Assembly: GCA_958431815.1 (NCBI GenBank)
Contig: CAUASB010000002.1
Span: 121,690-185,689, forward strand
DNA: 64,000 nucleotides
Source: an uncultured Eggerthella sp.
Lineage (GTDB): Bacteria; Actinomycetota; Coriobacteriia; Coriobacteriales; Eggerthellaceae
Reading direction: 5' to 3'
This document shows positions 57,012-64,000 of this stretch, piece by piece; the first letter of the stretch is position 1, and each line of letters opens with the position of its first letter. Position numbers and translations under genes: made by a program. The notes under the pieces were generated by a model that had not been told where the DNA came from, ran no database searches, and was given only the letters and a program-made list of their open reading frames with translations.

Positions 57012-57203
57012 TTCCGTCATCCTACAAACGACAGAACCGGCCAACGTTGCGTGGAGCCCCAACGGCACGGCTGGCGCTCCAAGGTTCGCTCACGTGCACC
57101 CGCACGCTACGCTTGCCTCTCCCGCCATCTGCACTTGTTGGGGCTCCACTCGCTGACTTACTACGCCAACCTGGGACTTGTCCCTTTACTGAACGGACTC
57201 TAC

Positions 57204-58142
57204 ATGGAAAGTGAAATGAAAATCGCCGTCTTGATCGACGCCGAGAACATCTCCAGCAAATATGCCAGCATCATCCTTCAGGAAGCTTCCAGCTTGGGCA
57301 ACCTGATTTACAAGCGCATCTACGGCAATTGGACCACCACAGCGCTTAACTCGTGGAAAAAGGAGCTGCTCGACAACGCCATTCAACCTATTCAGCAGTA
57401 CAGCAACACGGTGGGCAAGAATTCCTCCGACTCGGCGTTGATCATCGATGCCATGGACCTTCTGTACCAAAAACACCTCGATGCCTTCTGCATCGTTTCC
57501 TCCGACAGCGATTTCACTCGTCTGGCTTCGCGTCTGCGCGAATCGGAGATGTTCGTGCTGGGCATGGGCGAGCAGAAAACGCCCCGCGCCTTCATCAGCG
57601 CCTGCAACAAGTTCGTCTACCTCGACCTGCTGCATAAGGCCAATGCCGATGCCGCCAACGGGAAAAAGGCAAAGGGGCGCAGCAAGAAAAAACCCGCAGA
57701 TCAGTCCAACAGCACCAAGGCGCTGTCCGCTGACACCACCGCAACCAAGGCAAACAGCAAGCGTGCTGTTCCCACGCACGTTAGCGAAGAGAAACTGCAT
57801 CAGCGCCCCGCCCACATCGAGCAAAAGCACAACGCCAAGCAAGAGCATGATGCCCATGAGCCCGAAGCAGCCGATGACGACTTCAACGGGTTGGACATCA
57901 TCACCGTTGAAAACGCCCTCCGCGAAATCGCTGAAGAGTTCAGTGGAGACGACGGCTGGATGCTCTCATCGAGCCTGGGCGCACGCCTGGCACGCCGCCT
58001 GCCCGATTTCGACACCCGCAACTTCGGCTTCAAGAAGTTCGTTCCCTTCATCGAATCGCTCGGCTTCTTCGAAAGCAAAAGCGTGAAGGAATCGGAGAAC
58101 TCCGGCGTGAAAACCATCTATTTCCGCCTTATCGAAGAGTAG
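57204..58142 (+). CDS. NYN-domain (LabA-like) protein with C-terminal OST-HTH/LOTUS domain
   Basis: KIAVLIDAENIS..SSDSDFTRLASRLRE NYN core; a Lys-rich linker; OST-HTH-like C-terminus. Confidence 0.65.
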   Translation: MESEMKIAVLIDAENISSKYASIILQEASSLGNLIYKRIYGNWTTTALNSWKKELLDNAIQPIQQYSNTVGKNSSDSALIIDAMDLLYQKHLDAFCIVSSDSDFTRLASRLRESEMFVLGMGEQKTPRAFISACNKFVYLDLLHKANADAANGKKAKGRSKKKPADQSNSTKALSADTTATKANSKRAVPTHVSEEKLHQRPAHIEQKHNAKQEHDAHEPEAADDDFNGLDIITVENALREIAEEFSGDDGWMLSSSLGARLARRLPDFDTRNFGFKKFVPFIESLGFFESKSVKESENSGVKTIYFRLIEE

Positions 58143-58145
58143 GCG

Positions 58146-59843
58146 CTACCGAACCGCTTCATCGGCAGCACGCACTGCCTGCTCAAGAGCCGAAACAGCA
58201 GGATCGATCGCCTCGAGCTCGATACCCCCGTAGCTCACCAAGAAGCGCCGCAGCGGACCCTGTTCTGCTGCGGCGCTTCCGTAGTAGAACGAGGAAAGCG
58301 GGACAATGTGCACGCCCGCCTCTTCCGCAGCATCAACGAGTCGCGTCTCCCAACGCAGGGGGGCATCCCCTTCCCTAGCCGCCGCAGGTACTGCTTCAGC
58401 ATCATCGAAACGGTACCTGCGTGCTGGGCCAGATGCCCGTCGAGGCATGTCCGAACCGCCGAGCTCATTTGCCCTGCCCGTATCTATCCCCAACAGGAAA
58501 TGGATGCCCGCGTCCTGTTCTTCAATGCATATCCGCTCTGCAAACGCACTTTGCTGCAGTGCCGCAATAAGCTCATCGCGCACCGTGCGGTAATGGGTGC
58601 GCAAACGGTTCACATGGCGCTCGTAATCGCCGCTTTCTATGAAGCGAGCCAGGGCAAGCTGATCGATAGCGCTTACCGTGCAAGAATAAAATCCCAGTTC
58701 ACGCTTGAATTGCTCCGCAAGCAAAGGCGGCAGCACCATATAGCCGACACGAAATGCCGGACCAAGGCTTTTCGTGAACGTATTGGTGTAAATCACCTTC
58801 CCGGAAGCATCGATGCTGCGAAGCGCAGGAATCGGCCGCCCTGTTAAACGGAATTCGCAGTCGTAATCGTCCTCTATCACGTAGCGGTCCCCCACAGCAG
58901 AAGCCCACCCCAAAAGCTCATAGCGCCTGCTGATAGAGGTTACGATGCCGGTCGGGAACTGATGCGAGGGCATCAGATGCAGGACATCGACTTTCGACGC
59001 GTTGACCGACGCCATACTGACGCCCTGCGCATCGAGCGGAATATGCGAAAGGGGAACATCGTTCGCCTCGTAAATGCGCGTGAGGCGCACATACCCCGGG
59101 TCTTCGACACCGTAGCGAAGCGTTCGGCCCAAAAGCTGCACCAGCAAGTTGTACAGAACCTGCGAGCCAGCTCCCACCACAATGCACTCAGGGTCAACCT
59201 CCATGCCGCGAAACCCTCTCAAATGGGCGGCAATGGCCTCGCGCAGGCGCCGTGTTCCAGCGAACCCCGTTTCCCCCACCAAAGCATGCTCCGACTCGCG
59301 CGTCAGCGCATCACGCACTGACTTCGCCCAAGCGGAATAGGGGAACAAGCCCAGCGGAACCGAAGCGCCCGTGAAGTCGGCGACGGAAACCGAAGGGGCT
59401 TCGACTTCGCCCCGTGCACGCGACAGTGCTCCTCCTGCGCTTGCGGAGGTGTCATCATGCTGCCCGGCCAAAGCAAGCGATGCATATGCCTGGGCAAGAC
59501 CCTCTTCGGGTACCAACTCCCCGGCATCACTCGTTTCAGCGGGCGGTGGGACCGTGTTTCGCTTTCGACGTACCGGATGGTCGGGGGCAATCCCCTCCGT
59601 CCTTAAATCGCAGGCATAGTAGCCGCGTCGTGGTTCCGCACGAAGGTACCCTTCCGCAACCAACTGAGAGTAAGCGCCTTCAACGGTTATCAAACTCACA
59701 CCCAAATGACGCGCAAAGCTTCGCTTCGAAGGGAGCTTTTCACCAGGCGCGATGGCCCCGCTTTCGATATCGGCGCGTATGCACTGGTAAAGATACTCGT
59801 AGAGGCTTGTTTCCCCGCGGTTCGCAAACGAATAGGTGAGCAT
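58146..59843 (-). CDS. pdxR: MocR-type GntR/aminotransferase-domain regulator, probably PdxR
   Basis: N-terminal GntR wHTH ([29 protein letters not shown]), a long linker, and an AAT class-I domain. Divergent from pdxS. Confidence 0.7.
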   Translation of the reverse strand: MLTYSFANRGETSLYEYLYQCIRADIESGAIAPGEKLPSKRSFARHLGVSLITVEGAYSQLVAEGYLRAEPRRGYYACDLRTEGIAPDHPVRRKRNTVPPPAETSDAGELVPEEGLAQAYASLALAGQHDDTSASAGGALSRARGEVEAPSVSVADFTGASVPLGLFPYSAWAKSVRDALTRESEHALVGETGFAGTRRLREAIAAHLRGFRGMEVDPECIVVGAGSQVLYNLLVQLLGRTLRYGVEDPGYVRLTRIYEANDVPLSHIPLDAQGVSMASVNASKVDVLHLMPSHQFPTGIVTSISRRYELLGWASAVGDRYVIEDDYDCEFRLTGRPIPALRSIDASGKVIYTNTFTKSLGPAFRVGYMVLPPLLAEQFKRELGFYSCTVSAIDQLALARFIESGDYERHVNRLRTHYRTVRDELIAALQQSAFAERICIEEQDAGIHFLLGIDTGRANELGGSDMPRRASGPARRYRFDDAEAVPAAAREGDAPLRWETRLVDAAEEAGVHIVPLSSFYYGSAAAEQGPLRRFLVSYGGIELEAIDPAVSALEQAVRAADEAVR

Positions 59844-59905
59844 CGCGCTCCCCTTCCTCTTCTCATTCTTCAAACATCTGGTCTTATGCAATCTGGATAT
59901 ATACT

Positions 59906-59936
59906 GGTTATATCATTATTACCATTATTGGTTATA
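59906..59936. promoter_or_regulatory. Candidate PdxR operator: direct repeat TGGTTATA-n15-TGGTTATA in the pdxR-pdxS intergenic region
   Basis: Two identical 8-mers 23 bp apart, followed by a GGCGCC-ctccc-GGCGCC hairpin (59996-60017) just before the pdxS SD. Confidence 0.35.
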
Positions 59937-60035
59937 CAAACAATGCCACAAGGCTTTTACTGTGTATCCATTAACCAAGTGCATAAGCGCAACGAAAAGG
60001 CGCCCTCCCGGCGCCCCATAACCAAGGAGTTCACA

Positions 60036-60926
60036 ATGGCAGAAGCAAACACCCCTGAAGAGCAGGTAAAGCTCAACCGTCAACTGGCACAGATGCTCAA
60101 GGGCGGCGTGATCATGGACGTAACCACGCCAGAGCAGGCACGCATCGCCGAGGAAACTGGCGCCTGCGCCGTTATGGCACTCGAGCGCATTCCTGCCGAC
60201 ATCCGCGCTGCTGGCGGCGTTTCCCGCATGAGCGACCCCAAGATGATCAAGGGCATTCAGGAGGCAGTATCCATTCCCGTTATGGCAAAGTGCCGCATCG
60301 GCCACTTCGTTGAGGCCCAGATCCTCGAGGCTATCGAAATCGACTACATCGACGAATCCGAGGTTCTTTCCCCCGCTGACGACACCTACCACATCGACAA
60401 GACCAAGTTCTCCGTACCCTTCGTTTGCGGCGCACGCGACCTGGGCGAAGCACTCCGCCGCATCGCTGAAGGCGCAACCATGATCCGCACCAAGGGCGAG
60501 CCCGGCACCGGCGACGTTATCCAAGCAGTACGCCACATGCGCAAGATGAACAACCAGATCCGCCATGTGGTTTCCCTGCGCGAAGACGAGCTGTTCGAAG
60601 AGGCAAAGCAGCTGGCCGTTCCCGTTGAGCTGGTTAAGTACGTTCACGACAACGGCAAGCTCCCCGTCGTGAACTTCGCAGCCGGCGGCGTGGCAACTCC
60701 TGCCGATGCCGCACTGATGATGCAGCTTGGCGCTGAAGGCGTGTTCGTAGGCTCCGGCATCTTCAAGTCGGGCAACCCCGCTAAGCGCGCCCAAGCAATC
60801 GTGAAGGCCGTTACCAACTACACCGATGCAAAGCTCATCGCAGAGCTTTCCGAAGACTTGGGCGAGGCAATGGTTGGCATCAACGCCGATGAAATCGAGC
60901 TCATCATGGAAGAGCGCGGTCGCTAA
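60036..60926 (+). CDS. pdxS: Pyridoxal 5'-phosphate synthase lyase subunit
   Basis: [43 protein letters not shown]; AAGGAG SD. Confidence 0.9.
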   Translation: MAEANTPEEQVKLNRQLAQMLKGGVIMDVTTPEQARIAEETGACAVMALERIPADIRAAGGVSRMSDPKMIKGIQEAVSIPVMAKCRIGHFVEAQILEAIEIDYIDESEVLSPADDTYHIDKTKFSVPFVCGARDLGEALRRIAEGATMIRTKGEPGTGDVIQAVRHMRKMNNQIRHVVSLREDELFEEAKQLAVPVELVKYVHDNGKLPVVNFAAGGVATPADAALMMQLGAEGVFVGSGIFKSGNPAKRAQAIVKAVTNYTDAKLIAELSEDLGEAMVGINADEIELIMEERGR

Positions 60927-61528
60927 TGACGGTTGCTATTCTGGCCCTTCAGGGAGCCTTCATCGAGCACAAGAAGAAGCTTGAAGCGCTGGGAGCGGAA
61001 TGCTTCGAAATTCGTCAGGCATCCGACCTGGAGCGTCCGTTCGACAGGCTGGTTCTGCCTGGCGGCGAAAGCACCACGCAGGCGAAGCTCCTTCGCGAAT
61101 TGGGGCTGCTTGAACCGCTGCGCAAGCGTATCGAGGAAGGCATGCCGGTGCTGGCAACATGCGCCGGCCTTATCCTGCTAGCCGAAACGGTAGATGGCAC
61201 GGGGGACTTGAACAACCTCGACCCTGCTGCCGCAGAAAAACGCCTGCAGGTTAAAGGCTTCGGCACGTTGCCTATCACGGTACGTCGCAATGCCTACGGT
61301 CGTCAGCTGGGCAGTTTTCATGCCTTCGGCACATTCGGCAAACTCGAGAACGTGCCCATGACGTTCATTCGCGCCCCCTTCATCACCGAGGTACGTGATG
61401 GATGCAAGGTGCTGGCAACGTGCGAAGGCAACATCGTAGCCGTGCAGTACGGCAAGCAGCTGGGCATGGCATTCCATCCTGAGCTTGACGACGACAATCG
61501 CATCCACGAGCTGTTCCTTTCCCTGTAA
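60926..61528 (+). CDS. pdxT: PLP synthase glutaminase subunit
   Basis: [15 protein letters not shown]; class I glutamine amidotransferase. Confidence 0.9.
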   Translation: MTVAILALQGAFIEHKKKLEALGAECFEIRQASDLERPFDRLVLPGGESTTQAKLLRELGLLEPLRKRIEEGMPVLATCAGLILLAETVDGTGDLNNLDPAAAEKRLQVKGFGTLPITVRRNAYGRQLGSFHAFGTFGKLENVPMTFIRAPFITEVRDGCKVLATCEGNIVAVQYGKQLGMAFHPELDDDNRIHELFLSL

Positions 61529-61573
61529 GGAACAGCCTCCTGCATAAAGCCGCAAGGCCCCGCTAAAACAGCA

Positions 61574-61616
61574 AAGCCTCCCTTTTCTGTTGTCGGAAAA
61601 GGGAGGCTTTCTTATG
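61574..61616 (+). terminator. Intrinsic terminator after pdxT
   Basis: GCCTCCCTTTTC..GAAAAGGGAGGC followed by TTTCTTAT. Confidence 0.6.
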
Positions 61617-61814
61617 TGCCCAGATGTCGAACGAGACGCAGCACCGTACAAAGTAAGAGGCCAAACAGGGTTTTGTCCTCAGCTCATAACATGTGCCAGA
61701 GCATTCAGAACAGGCAGCCCCGTCTTACTCTTGCCCCATAGGACAAGCATCCTCCTCACATGACCACCCTCGTATCTTGCGTGCCAAATAGCCAATCCCG
61801 CGCGCCTACGGTGC

Positions 61815-61857
61815 AATAAAAAAGCGGTGCAGCCATCAAACCGACGACCGCACCGCC
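61815..61857 (-). terminator. Intrinsic terminator after the feo-associated gene
   Basis: Minus-strand GCGGTGC..GCACCGC followed by UUUUUUAUU. Confidence 0.5.
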
Positions 61858-61878
61858 CATCGAAGCAGAATCGAAATG

Positions 61879-62097
61879 CTACGAATGCTTTTCCTTGTCA
61901 GCATTCTTCATAGCCCTGTCGATGTCTTTCACCATATCTTCTGCGCAAGGGCATTTGTCAGGGTTATGGGCACTGCAGCCTCCGCACTCATCGCACGAAA
62001 TGTGCTTGCCTTGCTTGTGCGCACGTACCCAACTGGCAATAATCGCGCCAACGATTACCACCAATACGGCTAACACCGCAAACGTGCCAAGATTCAT
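61879..62097 (-). CDS. FeoB-associated Cys-rich small membrane protein
   Basis: One TM followed by CDECGGCSAHNPDKCPC; immediately downstream of feoB. Confidence 0.6.
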   Translation of the reverse strand: MNLGTFAVLAVLVVIVGAIIASWVRAHKQGKHISCDECGGCSAHNPDKCPCAEDMVKDIDRAMKNADKEKHS

Positions 62098-62206
62098 CGA
62101 AGCCCACCTCTTTTCCTTAGGCTCCCCTTAGGAAGCCGCAATGAAAGTCGCAGGCCTGCGAACGTATCGACAAGCCTGCGACAAAACGCTTTAACGCATC
62201 CGCCCT

Positions 62207-64000
62207 TTACGCTTCGTCAACCGAGCGAACAGCAGCTTTGCCCTGCCACTTGTTGGGGCGGAACAGCAGCCACAGGAAGGCGATGAAGAAGGCGATCGCA
62301 ACAACGGTGAACACGTTGAAGGTTACCTCGCCCAAGGCCAAGCCAGCGAACTGGTAGATCCACAGGGACACAACCCAAGCAATACCGCACTGATAGCCAA
62401 TCGCTGCGAAGAACCACTTGATGTTGTTCATCTCGCGTTTGATGGCGCCCATAGCCGCAAAGCAGGGAGCGCACAGCAGGTTGAATGCCAGGAAGGCATA
62501 ACCGGATGCGTAGGTGAAGGCCGCCTGAACGTTTGCGTACCAGCCGGCATCGCCGTCGTACAGAATGCCGAAGGTGGAAACAACGTTTTCCTTCGCAATA
62601 AGGCCGGTAATGGTTGCTGAAGCAGCCTGCCAATCGCCGAAGCCCTGAGGCGAGAAGATCCAGCAGATAGCGCTACCGATAACAGCCAAGATCGAATCAT
62701 TCTGATCCTCAACCGCCTGGAATACGCCGTCGACGAATCCATAGGAGGAAATGAACCAGATAAGGATTGCCGCTACCAAGATGATCGTGCCGGCCTTCTT
62801 GATGAACGACCAAGCGCGTTCCCACATGCTGCGAAGAACCGCGCCGATGGTGGGCAGATGGTAAGCCGGGAGCTCCATAACGAACGGAGCAGGGTCGCCT
62901 GCGAAGAAGCGCGTCTTCTTCAAGATAACGCCCGAGCACAGAATCGCAATGATGCCCAGGAAGTAGGCGCTCGGGGCAACCCACCATTCGCCACCGAATA
63001 CCGCGCCGGCGAACAGGGCGATAATCGGGAGCTTAGCACCACAAGGAATGAACGTCGTGGTCATTACCGTCATGCGACGGTCGTTCTGGTTCTCGATGGT
63101 GCGCGAAGACATGATGCCAGGAACACCGCAACCGGTGCCGATGAGAATCGGCACGAACGATTTGCCGGAAAGGCCGAAACGGCGGAACACACGGTCCAAA
63201 ATGAAGGCGATACGCGCCATGTAGCCGCACGACTCAAGGAAGCCCAGCAGCAAGAACAGTACGAGCATCTGGGGAACGAAGCCGAGTACTGCACCAACAC
63301 CAGCGATGATGCCGTCAAGAATCAAAGCCTTCAGCCAATCGGCACAACCGATGGAATCCAAGCCCTGTTCAACCAGCGGAGGAATGCCAGGAACCCACAT
63401 GCCGTACTGGGTCGGGTCGGGCTCTGAGCCTTCCAGTTCCTCGGCGTACTTGTCCGCGTCCACTTCCTGTTCAGCGCCATCCGCGTCAACATACGTTGCC
63501 GTAATGCCGGCATCGGCCGCTTCTTCGGAGAAGTCGTCTGATTCAGGGTCAAGGCCAGCTTCGATCGCAGCACCCTCGAATGCGGCGATGGCTTGCTGAT
63601 CACCCTGGTAAGGAGCCAGGGTATCGAGCGCTTCCTGGTACGAGTCCGCATCGACTTCAGTGGTCTCGTTTTCGCCGGTTTCGTCGTCATAGGAATCGAA
63701 CGAAGCAGTCAGGCCTGCAGCTGCAGCATCTTCAACGAACGTATCGGACTTGGGATCAAGACCGGCATCTTCCGCAGCCTCTTCAAAGGCATCGACGCTG
63801 CTCTTCGCATCGTCGTATTCCGATGTTGCCTCGTCGTACTGCTCCTGGCCAGGGCCGAAGAACCAACCGTCGCCGAACACGCCATCGTTGGCCCAGTCAG
63901 TGGCAACACTGCCGACAGTGGAAACGGAAATGTAGTACACAAGGAACATGACCAGCACGAAAATCGGCAACGCCAAGATTCGGTTGGTAACCACGCGGTC
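62207..64000 (-). CDS. feoB: Ferrous iron transporter FeoB, partial (N-terminal G-domain lies off the window)
   Basis: FeoB membrane-domain motifs, with an acidic internal repeat insertion of about 200 aa. The frame is still open at the window edge. Confidence 0.75.
   Translation of the reverse strand, partial: DRVVTNRILALPIFVLVMFLVYYISVSTVGSVATDWANDGVFGDGWFFGPGQEQYDEATSEYDDAKSSVDAFEEAAEDAGLDPKSDTFVEDAAAAGLTASFDSYDDETGENETTEVDADSYQEALDTLAPYQGDQQAIAAFEGAAIEAGLDPESDDFSEEAADAGITATYVDADGAEQEVDADKYAEELEGSEPDPTQYGMWVPGIPPLVEQGLDSIGCADWLKALILDGIIAGVGAVLGFVPQMLVLFLLLGFLESCGYMARIAFILDRVFRRFGLSGKSFVPILIGTGCGVPGIMSSRTIENQNDRRMTVMTTTFIPCGAKLPIIALFAGAVFGGEWWVAPSAYFLGIIAILCSGVILKKTRFFAGDPAPFVMELPAYHLPTIGAVLRSMWERAWSFIKKAGTIILVAAILIWFISSYGFVDGVFQAVEDQNDSILAVIGSAICWIFSPQGFGDWQAASATITGLIAKENVVSTFGILYDGDAGWYANVQAAFTYASGYAFLAFNLLCAPCFAAMGAIKREMNNIKWFFAAIGYQCGIAWVVSLWIYQFAGLALGEVTFNVFTVVAIAFFIAFLWLLFRPNKWQGKAAVRSVDEA

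Overview
High-GC (about 58-60%) bacterial chromosomal segment. Gene content suggests an anaerobic Actinobacteria (Coriobacteriia-like) genome; this is inference only. Coding is dense and almost entirely on the minus strand, covering housekeeping and core metabolism: lysC (partial), rel, a RecJ-RecQ fusion, aroD and aroE, pth-prs-glmU, rpoB-rpoC, secDF, tgt, queH-queA, pdxR with pdxST, feoB (partial), and a four-subunit 2-oxoacid:ferredoxin oxidoreductase with paaK. A clearly lower-GC island of about 7 kb (about 16.9-24.05 kb) carries a complete type II-A CRISPR-Cas locus with a divergent tracrRNA, cas9, cas1, cas2, csn2 and nine identical 36-nt repeats. Its cas9 carries two independent inactivating lesions: a -1 frameshift in a G6 run and an in-frame TAG 50 bp away. 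The island abuts an ADP-ribosylglycohydrolase pseudogene. The most unusual signal is a module of about 305 bp present twice (12421-12724 and 14146-14452). Each copy encodes a 25-aa hydrophobic peptide on the plus strand. Differences between the two peptide genes are dominated by synonymous changes. Each copy has a conserved convergent minus-strand promoter-like -10 box and a hairpin-terminated putative antisense RNA over the peptide 3' UTR, plus a 12-nt 5'UTR/3'UTR complementarity and a compensatory base-pair change in the hairpin. This looks like a type I toxin-antitoxin module or a new small-membrane-protein/sRNA module. The two copies bracket a polyferredoxin-like gene and a small two-TM gene. 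Manually located coordinates are accurate to about +/-2 nt.
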